Of a stretch of 64,000 nucleotides of DNA, positions 11,712-23,029 are shown in pieces (position 1 is the first letter of the stretch; every line of letters starts with the position of its first letter). Position numbers and translations under genes: made by a program. The notes under the pieces were generated by a model, which saw nothing but the letters and a program-made list of their open reading frames with translations, was not told the origin of the DNA and searched no databases. The stretch covers positions 2,204 through 66,203 of IMG/VR virus record IMGVR_UViG_2548876986_000002, one strand, 5' to 3'. The stretch comes from a virus.

Positions 11712-11760
11712 CTATTTACGTATAGCCAGCAATTGCAAGAAGCTGCTGAACGTATAGCAT
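11712..11760 (+). pseudogene. Integrase C-terminal tail relic
   Basis: agccagcaattgcaagaagctgctgaacgtatagcat matches 27137-27178. Confidence 0.75.
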
Positions 11761-12115
11761 TGATCTTAATGAAATCGTTCACGCGCGCAGCGGATTTGGC
11801 ATGGGTTTTAGAGTGATCGAGAATGTTATCAAAGTGATACAGCGTTTTTTCACCACCACCCATCACGGTTTTAAGATGGTAATTATAGGTTGGTACTTGC
11901 ACATTGGTTTCGTTCAGCGGGGTAACACGAATATCGGTCGGTGCAAAACCACTGTGACTCATTTCGAGTAAATCAGACACCGGCACATTTAAATGTGTAC
12001 CGCGTAAACCATGGCGTGCTTCGATCGTAGCTTTGAGTTTAGATAAATTTTGATATTGTTGCGTGACTTCCGTATTAAATAGCTGACACGCGGCTTCGTA
12101 ACTGATTTCGGACAT
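11757..12115 (-). pseudogene. Major capsid protein, N-terminal about 120 aa (copy 2)
   Basis: Paralog of 55552..56436; homology stops at KINA. Confidence 0.9.
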
Positions 12116-12235
12116 AAATAACCTGATAAATAAAAATTAATTCATTAATTTCATTTATCAGGTTACCTAACAGAACGTAGGGCTGATAATGCGTTCGACC
12201 TCTCTAAAAAGGTGACCGAATGGGCTTTTTAGATG
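12116..12235 (-). promoter_or_regulatory. Structured capsid leader (copy 2)
   Basis: Perfect 12-bp stem AACCTGATAAAT/ATTTATCAGGTT covering the AGGT RBS; upstream CATTATCAG can pair with the 5' arm. Confidence 0.7.
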
Positions 12236-12278
12236 GATAGGTTTATTATAGTTCCTGCCTATAGAACTTACAGGTACT

Positions 12279-12566
12279 TTATCTAGGCTGTTTTACTATC
12301 GTAGTGGGTTGGTAAACTGCTGAAGGGTCTATAGGTTTTTCTTCTGGGTTATTCCAAAAACACATCCAATTACTGAATCTAGCCAAACAATTTGGGTATT
12401 TATTTTCAACAAGAGGTAAATCTACTATTTCGCTTGAAAGTACTTCAATCTCATCTTTTGAGACTGTTTTGTTAGGTGCTTTTGTAATTACGTTGGTTTC
12501 ATTTTGATTGAGTTTAAAGTAATTTGGTTCTTTATCTTTCTTTTTTGGAGTATTCATTAGCATCAT
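12279..12566 (-). CDS. Small hypothetical cargo protein (paralog of 56591..56860)
   Basis: Shared IEVLSSEIVxLPLVENxYxNCxxRFxNWMCFW. Confidence 0.8.
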   Translation of the reverse strand: MMLMNTPKKKDKEPNYFKLNQNETNVITKAPNKTVSKDEIEVLSSEIVDLPLVENKYPNCLARFSNWMCFWNNPEEKPIDPSAVYQPTTIVKQPR

Positions 12567-12694
12567 TTCTGATTACTTATAGTGGAACCAATATCATACC
12601 TTAGTTTTACAAGTTAATAATACCTTAAGCGTTGATTAATATACTTAATAAAAATTTAGGCTACTATGAGATTATTTATGAAATATAATAATAA

Positions 12695-12783
12695 ACCTAA
12701 CAAGCTAATCCCTGCTGAGGAAGTTGAAATAGAAATCGATCCCTCTTTTGTTGAAGGAGTTAAAAATTTTGCTTTTAAATAAA
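12695..12783 (+). pseudogene. C-terminal relic of a 57016-type ankyrin gene
   Basis: KLIPAEEVEIEIDPSFVEGVKNFAFK* vs RLVPVEKVMVEIDPEYVFEVKRLTF*. Confidence 0.7.
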
Positions 12784-12784
12784 G

Positions 12785-12957
12785 CAAAAAATTATTTTTT
12801 CCTCGCCTCAGCCACTTCATTAGCGAAGTTAATATACCATTTCCGATTTTTCTCCGTTGAATTTTGGTGATACTCGTTTGAGATTTTAGCTAAGGCTTCT
12901 TTGGCATCTTCCGGGGCAGAAAAGCTAGCCCGTTGGTTAATTGAGACCAGGCACTTG
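12785..12957 (-). pseudogene. Scaffold gene 3' end (copy 2)
   Basis: QVPGLN.NQRASFSAPEDAKEALAKISNEYHQNSTEKNRKWYINFANEVAE. Confidence 0.85.
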
Positions 12958-13489
12958 CTGATCGTTATACAATAAGGGTTTTAACAGCGCTGGTGTCCAG
13001 CTCGATACTTCTAGATTATGCACATCCATACCCTGACTTTTATTTCTCTTCATTCAATCCGGTGTTAATACCTACATTCACCGGTACGGTATAGATTTTT
13101 CCAGCAATAAAGTCAGGATCACTGAAGATCGCATTGATCTTAATGAAATCGTTCAATCGCGCGGCAGCTTTAGCATGGGTTTTAGAGTGATCAAGGATCT
13201 TGTCAAAGTTATACAGTGTTTTTTCACTACCGCCGATCACAGTTTTAAGATGGTAATTATAGGTCGGTACTTGCACATTGGTTTCGTTAAGTGGGGTAAC
13301 ACGAATATCGGTCGGTGCAAAACCACTTTGACTCATTTCGAGTAAATCAGACACTGGCACATTTAAATGTGTACCACGTAAACCATGGCGTTCTTCGATG
13401 GTATCTTTGAGTTTAGATAAATTTTGGTATTGCTGCGTAACTTCGGTGTTAAACATCTGACACGCGGCTTCATAACTAATTTCGGACAT
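12953..13489 (-). pseudogene. Major capsid protein, N-terminal part (copy 3), with a small deletion and fusion to scaffold
   Basis: ORF 13040..13489 plus out-of-frame SQGMDVHNLEV..LYNDQQV. Confidence 0.9.
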
Positions 13490-13605
13490 AAAGAAACCTG
13501 ATAAATAAATTAATTCAATAATTTTATCTATCAGGTTGCCTAACAGAACTCAGGGCTGATAATGTACTCGACCTCTCTAAAAAGGTAGCCTTACGGGCTT
13601 TTTAG
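13490..13605 (-). promoter_or_regulatory. Structured capsid leader (copy 3)
   Basis: Same motifs as copy 2, with compensated CCTGA/TTAGG stem. Confidence 0.7.
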
Positions 13606-13686
13606 ATTGATAGCTCCAGTTTATTATGGGTACTAAAAAAGACAAGTACTTTACTTAGTATTTTTTATTTATAAAAAAACTTATAG

Positions 13687-14674
13687 CTATCCTAGTTTGT
13701 ATACACTAGTGCTTGTTTTTTCTACTTGGTCATTTGTAACTTCAGGTTTAATTTCATGCCAGCTATGTTCATATTGTATATCAACATTTCCACCATTAGT
13801 TTGAAAGCCAAATGTTTTAATTTGAAGTTGTTCATTTAGTTTCATTCTATCTTCGAACGATAATCTGAAAAACTGAGAACGGCCACCTTCTTTGCTTTGT
13901 AATGGTGTGTTTGTGATTACATCGCATATTATTGTATAAATATAATGTGGTGCCTTTTTAAGCAAAGGGTAGGAGCCTTCAAACCGGTCTTTTGAAAGCG
14001 TATGAATTTCTAGTAATTTATTTATTCCTGCTTGACTAACCGCCATAATAGCATTTTCAAACGGTACTATACCGGAGTAATCATAAGATTTTTTATCATT
14101 TTCTCCAAGTAAAAAACCTTGTTCCGCACTGACTTTCCCCAGTTTTCTTCCATTTTTAGGAAAGACGTCAAGATCAAGATAAATTAAAGCCTCGTTTAAG
14201 CTTAATAAAGCTAATAAGAAAGCATTACGCATGCTATCTATTTCTACCGCAAAAGATACTCTTTCTTCAATAGGGATTGAATATAACGTTCTAAAATAAT
14301 TAGAAAAAGTATATTTATTTAATGGAGTTTTCCAATCTAGTCGTGAATCAAAAGAAAAATCATAATCAGATAGATTTAATTCATTAAAATCTATAATTTG
14401 GATATTTTGGTTAGGATTAAATTTTTTGTCAGATATTTTTTTGTCTAATTCTTCGCGTTGCGTAGACTTAAACCCACTTCCATTAATTACAAGGGTAGAT
14501 TAATCTGGTATCTTCGAGCTTTGCCCAGGTAAATATTCTATTCAGCTTTTCTTCGGGTATCATATCCCCACGATTTCTGGGAAGCCATTGAAAAACCAAA
14601 GGTGTCGTTTCGGTAAAGGTGTGTTGAGAACCAGGTTTTATCTTTACCCCATTATAATTATTATAGTTATTCAT
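13687..14674 (-). pseudogene. DxD (GT-A) glycosyltransferase-like effector, frameshifted (cargo of slot 3)
   Basis: VFQW near the N-terminus; AVEIDSMR...LIYLDLDV and FENAIMAV resemble GT32/TcdA-type catalytic motifs. Confidence 0.7.
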
Positions 14675-14744
14675 AAGATACCCATTTTAAAATCGATATC
14701 TTAAATGAATAAAATTAAGGTTTTATTAAAGTAGAAACTATTTT

Positions 14745-15020
14745 TTACGTTACTTTTTAACCCTCGCTTCCGCCACTTCATTCGCAAACTTAATATACCG
14801 CTGTCGATTTTTCTCAGTCGGATTTTGGTGATATTCATCTGAGATTTTAGCTAATGCTTCTTTGGCCTCTTCGGGGTCAGAGAAACTGGCTCGTTGGTTA
14901 TTGAGACCGGGCACTTGTGCATTGAGTAACTGGTTTCAATGTTTTAAAGCGTCATTCATCGCGTTTTCGTCTCCTAAAAGTGTAGTTAGCACGGGGTGAC
15001 GTAAAGTAAAGGGATAGTTT
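14745..15020 (-). pseudogene. Scaffold gene 3' part (copy 3)
   Basis: VLTTLLGDENAMNDALKH..LLNAQVPGLNNQRASFSDPEEAKE. Confidence 0.85.
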
Positions 15021-15034
15021 TTTCTAAAATAATC

Positions 15035-15830
15035 TGTTATAGATAATTTTATAGGGGATTTGCCTTTAGATAATGCCCATATAGGCACATTACAAATGTA
15101 TATTGATTCGCGGAAGAAAGATAAAGTAAAAAAGAAAACTATTAACCAGGAATTGGAAATATTACACCGCATTTTAAATCGTGCAGCGAGTGAATGGCTA
15201 GATAAGAAGGGTATGACATGGCTTGCGACAGGACCTAAAATTAAGCTTTTGCCTGAAACGGACAAACATAAACCTTTTCCAATTAATTTGCTGAGTTGCC
15301 TCTTCATTTGCGAAGAATGGCACTTTTTGCGGTTAATACGGATTGTCGGGATAAAGAAATTTGTCGACGCCAAGGGGATTAGGAAATAAAAATACCGGAG
15401 TTAAATACCAGTGTTTTTATTATTCCTGGAGAGAAAGTGAAAAATGGACAAGACCGGCTCGTGGTGTTAAATCACATAGCTGCCCAAGTAGTCCAAGAAG
15501 TGAGGGGATTGCACCCTATCTACGTGTTTACGTATCAAGGAAATTGTCTCACTCGGATGTTAAATTCTGCTTGGGTCAAAGCACGCAAAAGAGCAGGATT
15601 GTCTCAAGTACGAGTACATGATTTAAAGCACACATTTGGGAGGCGGTTACGTTCGGCGGGTGTAGGCTTTGAGGATCGGCAGGATTTGTTATGCCATAAA
15701 AGTGGACGCATCACAACCCACTATTCACAAGTTGAATTGGTTAACTTTTGATCCAAGCAGCAAATAAAGTGTTCGATATGAAACAAGAACCGCACTTGAC
15801 GTTGCTTAGAATGAACCCAAACAATGAATG
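15035..15830 (+). pseudogene. Tyrosine recombinase/integrase, 5'-truncated and frameshifted
   Basis: VHDLKHTFGRRLR..LLCH..ITTHY catalytic motifs in 15437..15751; upstream ORF 15060 is the core-binding part. Confidence 0.85.
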
Positions 15831-15911
15831 TCGCGTAAAAGTCGCGCCCAAAATTTTATTGGTTTAAAAAAAGAATTGAAGATAAGTCATAGAAGAAAAT
15901 ACTTTTCTCTT

Positions 15912-16124
15912 TTATAAAGAATTAGCATCTTCAAGTTCAGTTAAAACTAGATCAGGCAATTTAGTAACTTTTTTTACTAGCTCTAAAGATACACCTTCCG
16001 CTAGAAGATTTTTAGCCATTTCATACCGCTCCTCTTGGCGACCTTGTTGTTTCAGTTGTTGTGGTGCTGTATTCATGGCCTCAAGATTCTTCGAGCTCAA
16101 GTAATTCTTGTTCAGAAATACCAC
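15912..16124 (-). CDS. Stand-alone Rpn C-terminal (RpnS-like) module
   Basis: QQLKQQGRQEERYEMAKNLLAEGVSLELVKKVTKL. Confidence 0.7.
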   Translation of the reverse strand: MVFLNKNYLSSKNLEAMNTAPQQLKQQGRQEERYEMAKNLLAEGVSLELVKKVTKLPDLVLTELEDANSL

Positions 16125-16132
16125 TTGCTGAT

Positions 16133-16790
16133 TTAATAGTTACCAAGGGAACATTCCGTTTTAATAAATTTCTTACAAACGCTAAAACCTCTTGACGGCC
16201 TAGGCTCTAGGCCTTGCTGGAGACCTTCTTGTTTTAGCTGATATGCCAAAGTCACAATATCCTCTCTGAAGTTAGGTAGCGCTTCTGCTAAGTTTGAATA
16301 AAATTTTTTAAAATTCTTAGATTCGCTCTCTTGACTAATATAATATAGCAAACTTTTAAATTGTTCATATATTATGAATTGCTTAGCCACCTGTAAAGCT
16401 ATATCTTGTATAAATTCTAATGCATCCCTATTATAGATATTCTTTTGAGTTAGCTCTAATATGACCATTCCCCTGTGGGTACGTAATTCTTCATCAGGAA
16501 TCACGGTAATATCAATGAGTGGATATGGTTTTAAGAATGTTTCTTGAGCTAGCTCTTTATTTTTAAAGCAAGCCAGGATATTTTTGTATTGTAAGGATAA
16601 GGACTTTTTTTGCCTCTATAAAAATAACTATGGGTAAGGTTTTGTTCCTTGGTCTAAATCCTGCTTCATGATGGCTATTTTATATCACAACAGTTTAAAT
16701 GGCGTGAGCTTATTGGGAATGGTTTCATGCTCAATGAGAGTATAAATGTAGCTTTCCGATTCTGTTTCTCGGATAATAATTAGTTTACTT
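16133..16790 (-). pseudogene. Rpn/YhgA-family PD-(D/E)XK nuclease relic
   Basis: LIEHE motif upstream; ITVIPDEELRTHRGMVILELTQK..LKQEGLQQG. Confidence 0.8.
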
Positions 16791-18292
16791 TGTATTCAAT
16801 TGTTCTATTTCAGCTGAATTTTAGTGGTATATTTAAGAATTATTTAATATTTCTGTGTTATCTTCGCCCTACGATATTCAAAATACTAATAAATGATATG
16901 GGCACCATGCGCGCGGATAAAGATATTATATATATTTGGGTAAATAAAACAGAGTTTATCTATAACACAAAAGACTTTCCTTTTTTACAAAACATTATTT
17001 CTCATGCTGTTTCTGGGAGAAACATCCATATTATTATTTATCAATCATCTAATTTAGATCAACTTGATAAAAACATTCAAGGGCTGCAAACAAACTTATT
17101 GTCTGCCAACTTGAAAAACATTTATATATATAAATTAGAAGCATTATTTTCTAATCAACCTGAGCTCGTACAACTTGTTTCTAATTTATTAGAAAATTGT
17201 AAATCATTAGCTAACCCAATTGATTTGGTTAAAGTAATGATAGGGGCAAATTTGGAAAAACTTAAACTAAATCAAGGTTTGTTAGCGGATATGGATTGTA
17301 TCATTCCAGAGAACATAATATTAGACACCCCCTCTTTAAGTATTTTTCCTTTAATTGATGAGAAGCTAGAATTTGAGAGAGATTATGCTGGTATTATAAA
17401 TTGCTATATAGAAAATGGTTTTTCATTAGTTTTTCATAGAAAAAATAAAGTATTTAATGAAATATTAAACGAAATTATCGCTAAAAATTTAGATTATTTT
17501 TATGAAAAACCTAACGATGCAGTCTATTCTATTTATGTTGAAAAATTGATCCAATACTTTACGAAAAGTGAAGAAATCAACGACCAATTAATGAAAAAAT
17601 ATAGACAATTTTCTGATTTACCAGAATCAGTTAAAATCGAATTGGCTAATCCATTACAAGATATAATCTACATGAGAGGAGGCAGCTGGGGTGAAAAGAC
17701 AAAAAATGCTGCAAAACAAAATATACCACTAGTCTTCATGGCAGGATCTCAACCAGTTTATCCTTTTGAATTAGATAATTTAAGTACAAATGTACTTTTT
17801 CATAGATTAGATAATGCACTCCTGTTATTAAAAAAATTGGTAAAAAAAGGATGGGATGTTAATGAAAAATTAGAATGGATTAATGATCTACAAGAAAAAG
17901 AAAGTATTGTATATCATTTACTAGAGCGTAATTCAAAAGTGCAAGGAGACAAACTAAAAACCGCATGCAATATTGTTATGTTTCTTATGCAAAACGGATT
18001 AAAAGCGGATGATAAACTTTTAAGCTTTTTTAAGAAAATTTATGAGCCAAAAGAACTAAGTAAATCTAAGGAATTAAGAGAAGCCTTTAAAGAATATGCT
18101 CGAGTATTTGCTAATACATACAGATTAAATTACGGCCAGATGTTGTTTAATACTAATATTGATAAAGCTACGAATGATGACAAAAGTCAGTCTCTCTTTG
18201 TTGCTCCAAAATGCTCATTTTTTAAGCAAGATGGTCAAGAAAGTAGTAAATTATCTGCAACAGTCAGTATCCCTGCCAACTATCAAATGTAA
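16790..18292 (+). CDS. Effector-like protein: GT-A-like N-terminus (DMD) plus ankyrin-like C-terminus; true start probably near 16900
   Basis: IIYIWV, IDLVK, LADMDC motifs; LVKKGWDVN..FLMQNGLKAD; C-terminal SFF tail. Confidence 0.7.
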   Translation: MYSIVLFQLNFSGIFKNYLIFLCYLRPTIFKILINDMGTMRADKDIIYIWVNKTEFIYNTKDFPFLQNIISHAVSGRNIHIIIYQSSNLDQLDKNIQGLQTNLLSANLKNIYIYKLEALFSNQPELVQLVSNLLENCKSLANPIDLVKVMIGANLEKLKLNQGLLADMDCIIPENIILDTPSLSIFPLIDEKLEFERDYAGIINCYIENGFSLVFHRKNKVFNEILNEIIAKNLDYFYEKPNDAVYSIYVEKLIQYFTKSEEINDQLMKKYRQFSDLPESVKIELANPLQDIIYMRGGSWGEKTKNAAKQNIPLVFMAGSQPVYPFELDNLSTNVLFHRLDNALLLLKKLVKKGWDVNEKLEWINDLQEKESIVYHLLERNSKVQGDKLKTACNIVMFLMQNGLKADDKLLSFFKKIYEPKELSKSKELREAFKEYARVFANTYRLNYGQMLFNTNIDKATNDDKSQSLFVAPKCSFFKQDGQESSKLSATVSIPANYQM

Positions 18293-18389
18293 TAGAATCT
18301 TGCATATTAGTTAGATATTTTAACGAACAATAACTCTAAAGGTTGGCTCATAAGAATATGAAAAGTAAGCAATTACTTTATCCAGTAAA

Positions 18390-18596
18390 AGAAGTAAATT
18401 TTTAAGGTGCTTTTACGAGTGAAAACGCCTTACTTAAATTAATTTACTGTGCCGGTCAAAAAATACTATAAAAATAATGGTATCAACCTATTCATAATTG
18501 CTCTTTAATCGCCTCTCAGCTACAAATATTTTTTGATGGCCAATTAAAGTTACAGCTACGCTAATTTATGCCTGACACAGTTTAATGAATGCTCTC
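18390..18596 (+). mobile_element. IS256-family transposase 3' relic with right end
   Basis: GAFTSENALLKLIYCA..PIHNCSLIASQLQIFFD; ends gacacagtttaatgaatgctctc. Confidence 0.7.
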
Positions 18597-18818
18597 TTAA
18601 ATTTCAGATAATTCGAATCTATTTCTTATTGAACTTGATGTTTAGTTGAAAACAAAGAGAGTTACACATGTGAAACCCTCTTTGTCATTTTGAATAATTT
18701 AGTGTTTTTTTGACCAAATCCATTACTTCATTTTCAGGTAGGCCGGTTAGCTTTTGGATAGCTTTCATAGAGTGCTAGAATACCCTACCACTTTCTGGCC
18801 ACAATCAAACCTGGAGCT

Positions 18819-19001
18819 TTGATCATGGTTGCTCAAAGAATAAATCGATCTGACTTTGAATACAAATTAAGAGAAGAAGACATTCAACACTATCTTAGCT
18901 TAGGGGCAGATGCAGTTTTAATTAAGCCCTATTATTATGAAAAAATCATAAATAAATATTACTCACCAAAGAGCGAGGAATTAATTTTTAAAAAAAAGTA
19001 A
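18819..19001 (+). pseudogene. Possible response-regulator receiver C-terminal relic
   Basis: EEDIQHYLSLGADAVLIKPY resembles the REC alpha4-beta5 KP motif. Confidence 0.35.
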
Positions 19002-19221
19002 ATTATATTTAGGATAACAAGGGCTATTTTAAATATAAGAGCTATCGTTAATCAATGGCTGATCATTTCTAACTCATTCAACTAAATACTTTATTTGGTA
19101 TAAAAACTAACAACTAATAAGATACTTTTGGTGTTCCTTTAGGTCTATTGTCGTCGATCTAGCCAATTATTAAAGTTTTTCAAAATATATTTATTATATA
19201 TTCTTCAAAAAGGCGTATATA

Positions 19222-20188
19222 TTAGTTTTCTAGATTAACTAAATCTTGGTCAGATAAGCCAGTCATTTCTTTAATAAATTCATGGTCAAGTCTTTTAGCT
19301 AGCATATTTTTAGCAATTTCTAGAGCTTCTTCATGTCGACCCTGCTGTTTTAATTGTTCTGAAAAAGTCCCCATAAATTCTTGCTTGTACTCTTCTTTTA
19401 GCTGTTGGGCAAAAGTCATAATCGTTCTCCTAGCTGGCTCTTCTGGGAAAGCCTGTATTAATTCTTTAATCAGATGTTGAGCGGCCTGTGGCTCGTTCTC
19501 ATCCTGAGTAGTATTTACTATATAGTTTAACATATCCGTAAGATAGGAAATATTAAGCTGTTTAACTACAGTTTGAACAAGCTGGTTTTGCAGCATTTTT
19601 CTCATAATCGACATGAAGTTCTTAGCTCGATGGTGTTTAAACAGCATTTCCATTAAAGCTGCTAAGCCATGACGGGCAATATCCTTATCTAAAAGGACTG
19701 TAAGGTCTATAAGCTTAAAGGGTTTAAAAGCTACCGTACGGGCAAATTCCGGGTCCTCAAAGTTATTGTAAATGTCAGTCGAATGGGGATAGGGTGATAT
19801 TTCTCCATGATAAATACAAAGCGGCAAAATAATAGGCAATTTTTTATTGCCTTGTTGGAGATGTTCATAACTAAGGGAAACAATGTAGTGCAGCAGTAGT
19901 GCAGCAAGCGAAAGGCCATTAATTCATCTTTAGCCGTTGATTCATGCTCCACTAAGAAAAATAGATAGCCTGGTTTTTGATTGATTTGGCATTTATAAAT
20001 GATGTCACTATGAATTTCACGAAGTTCAGGAACAATAAAGCTTTTCTCAGTTAGCTGGAGAGTATTGATATTTAAGGCTTTATAAATCTCTTTTTCTAAG
20101 TGTGCTTTTAGAAAATCTATAGCTACTTTTTTTCTTTTAGGTTTCGTTTGAAAAATTTGTCATGAGGTTGATGAATAGTAATAGTCAC
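19222..20188 (-). pseudogene. Rpn/YhgA-family nuclease, frameshifted
   Basis: GTG start MTITIHQPHDKFFK; SDIIYKC..FLVEHES; LPIILPLCIYHGE; internal MTFAQQLK. Confidence 0.9.
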
Positions 20189-20292
20189 TTTGTTTTCCTT
20201 GTTATTAGTCTGGGGAAAGTGAAGTTTAGTTAAGATTGCAAATAAAAAATGTCCTTCATTATTAGGATAATTATAACTGGAAAAGAACGATA

Positions 20293-20490
20293 TTATTTAA
20301 GCTTAAATTTTCCATCTACATATCCTTGTATTAACTCATGTAGAGCTTCTTTCATTTCCTTATCATCGTGAGCTGCTTTTAACTTCAAAGCTTTTCTAAG
20401 AGATACTGGTGTATCAAAACATAGTCTAACAATTTTATCTTCAGCATCATTACCTTTAAAAGCCTGCTTGTTCATAAATGGTGTCCACAA
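20293..20490 (-). CDS. Ribbon-helix-helix (ParG/Arc-like) regulator
   Basis: VRLCFDTPVSLRKALKLKAAHDDKEMKEALHELI. Confidence 0.6.
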   Translation of the reverse strand: MWTPFMNKQAFKGNDAEDKIVRLCFDTPVSLRKALKLKAAHDDKEMKEALHELIQGYVDGKFKLK

Positions 20491-20584
20491 GAGTCTAAAA
20501 GAGCATTATAACGTGTATTTAAAGTATTGACTATACGAGCAATTAGAGCTATATTGCTCGTATGAGTTAAGAAGAACAGTAAGC

Positions 20585-20730
20585 GTCCCCCAAGGTCTCG
20601 AACACCTTAGGGACAAACACAACCAACTACGTAGGAGTTAGCTATGACCGCAAACGTCAGTCTAGATCAATTTGTCTATCTAAAACAACCTGCTTGTGAC
20701 TATCTGTCGCAAGGTTACCAAATTTCTTAC
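20585..20730 (+). pseudogene. Hairpin leader plus 5' relic of a 35599-type early gene
   Basis: atgaccgcaaacgtcagtctagatcaatttgtc matches atggctaacgtcagtttaaatcaattcgtt; AAGGT-ctcgaac-ACCTT hairpin. Confidence 0.75.
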
Positions 20731-21015
20731 CATTTAACCGACAAGAGTTGCGCTCATCTAATAAAGTATAATTTAGATAAATAGGACCTATAAGTAGTAT
20801 CTGCAATAACTTTAATTAAACTAACTTTTACTGTAGATTAGAAACCCCTCGGATTAATAATTTTTATTAGATCAAAATAAATATAATAATTATTTCTTCT
20901 TCACAAGATATATTATTGTGTTTTTTATGAGAGCGGGTTTCTTTTCTGGCTATAAAAACATTAGAAATGGGTTTTGAGTTTTTTTGAAAAAACAACCTAA
21001 AAATAGGAGTTAAGT

Positions 21016-21880
21016 ATGTTAACTGCAGTTTTAAAGAAGTTTTCTTTAACCGATGAGCAAATAAGTGCTTTTGAAGAATTACTAGAAATGACAAATTGTT
21101 CTGAAAAATTACCACAAAATCCAGAAAGCACTTTGGTTACGCTAGAGGGCTTAATGGAAATAATACGCACGTTTTGGATGCGAAAAGATGGGGTTGAGCG
21201 GTGGGAGTTAGTAGATAGTGACAAAATGCTTTCGGATCGTGACCATTTTTTAGCATTGTTTGATAAACTTGGTTTTCTTTCTGAAAAATCACCTAAACTT
21301 AAAAAGTATGACTTACTTTTTGTTTTTGGGTGCATTACAAGAACGGGTTGAAAATCGGCTGGATTATTTAACTTCTTTATGGGAAAAAGGAATTCGTTTT
21401 AATCAGATAATTTTGTTGGGAGGAGAGCGCCTGTTAGTAAAAGATAAAGAATCTTTTGCTAATACTTTAAAAGAAGGAGCTACAGAACTTGATATGATGG
21501 AGGCTGCTTTTAAAGCACGTCGTTTAAAATGGCCACTTGAATTAGCAGAAATGGAATTAATTTCTGTCAATACGCCAAAGATAGCTGGGAAAAGACCGAA
21601 TACTGGTGATACAATTAATGCTTGGTTAGCAAAGCGTCCGCATTCCGGCAGTGTATTGGCCATTTCAAATCAGCCTTATGTTAATTATCAAAATAACGTT
21701 ATAAGAAGTTTTTTACCCTCAGATTTCAAACTAGATACAGTCGGTTCTTCAGCTAACCAAGAAGAAAAAATTAGTGTCTTATTAGATGCAGTAGGTGATT
21801 TTATTTCTGCGGATTATTCCCGTGTTAAAGCATTATTGCAAGAACCTGATCTCCAGCCGTTCTATCGAATGCAGCCCTAA
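21016..21880 (+). pseudogene. YdcF/DUF218-like protein, one frameshift (cargo of slot 4)
   Basis: Overlapping ORFs 21016 and 21260; IILLGGER, TELDMM, RPNTGDT, ISNQPY motifs. Confidence 0.55.
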
Positions 21881-22020
21881 TAACCTGTTTCCAGTAGGCC
21901 TCCTGAAACAACTATTTAAAGAAGGTTAATTTTATCAAAATAGTTACTTTTTAAAAAGCTCTGTTTTTTAGGAGGTTTAGGGTTACAGGCTCAAAAAACT
22001 GTAGAATTTAGCTTCAAACA

Positions 22021-22562
22021 TTAACATAAATTAAACCTTGCCTTAGCAACTTCATTGGCGAGGTTAATATAGCGTTTTCTATTTTTATCAGAAGGGTCAC
22101 GTTCATATTCTTTGGCCACTTTAAGTAACTCATTTTTCCCTTCATAGGGATCGGATAAATTGGCCCGTTGACTACTTAAACCAGGGACTTGGCTATTTAA
22201 TAATTGATCACGGTGTTTTAAGGCATTTGACATGGCACTTTCATCTCCAATAAGGGTATTCAAAATAGAGGTATGCAAAGAAGAGGGATAGGTTTTAGTT
22301 ATATAATCTTCAACAATAGCAAGCTTATCGCCGAGAATCTTTTTTCTTTCCTCTAGCTGATTTTGATAGTGCTGTTGCTGTTCCGCCATCGCAATAAGTG
22401 TTTTGTTAAATTGATCTTGATTTAAACCTACTGTTTTGGCTATGTTTTGCAGTCCTTGTATCTCTTGCTCAGGCAAACAGATTGATTCAGGTAAGCTATA
22501 GTTTTCGGGAGCTTCAAAGCTTTTTAGTTTTTCTTTGAGCGCTTTATTTTCATTGAATACAA
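22021..22562 (-). pseudogene. Scaffold gene, 5'-truncated (copy 4)
   Basis: Close paralog of 57626..58036. Confidence 0.9.
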
Positions 22563-22816
22563 ATGATTTCAGCTTGTTTTTCTCCAGGAGTGAGACTAAA
22601 TCTAAGATGTGACGTTCTCAAAATATTTGCTGCCTTCTTTACAGTTCCACAGCGTGGAATCAATCTCTCAAAAGTATTTTTCGCCATAGTTATCTACTCC
22701 ATTTTTTTTCTTATAAAGAGAAACCAATCCAGTCTATCTAGATTTCTCGCAACACGTGTTGCGAATATGTTTAGTAATATAAAAAATAAAGTCTTATAAG
22801 AAGAAGGAGTGAGAAC

Positions 22817-22942
22817 ATGCAGCCAAGACGGATACGTTTGCGTGACACACCGAATTATTTAGGGATGGATAAAAATCGATTTAATAGAGAAGTCAAACCT
22901 CTTTTATCTATCATTCAAATCATTAATAAAGTTTTTACATAA
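22817..22942 (+). pseudogene. Excisionase-like HTH relic
   Basis: MQPRRIRLRDTPNYLGMDKNRFNREVKP with a ggag RBS. Confidence 0.5.
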
Positions 22943-23029
22943 TTTAATCTATTAATAATTACTTAATAATATTTTGATATATTATATCAAAAATTGATAT
23001 TCTTTAACCTTAATATATAAAATTAAATT

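Noticed and set aside
11005-12115. One capsid gene split by a simple inversion
   Set aside because: The halves are nearly complementary, but the + strand half is far more eroded, and an integrase tail lies at the junction; separate copies fused by deletion fit better.
14936-15621. ORFs 14936..15373 (-) and 15361..15621 (+)
   Set aside because: The first is a chimera of integrase antisense and scaffold sequence; the second is an off-frame product of the broken integrase.
18819-19001. Cognate response regulator of the PAS kinase
   Set aside because: It is only a weak C-terminal fragment, lies about 22 kb away, and has no phospho-Asp region.
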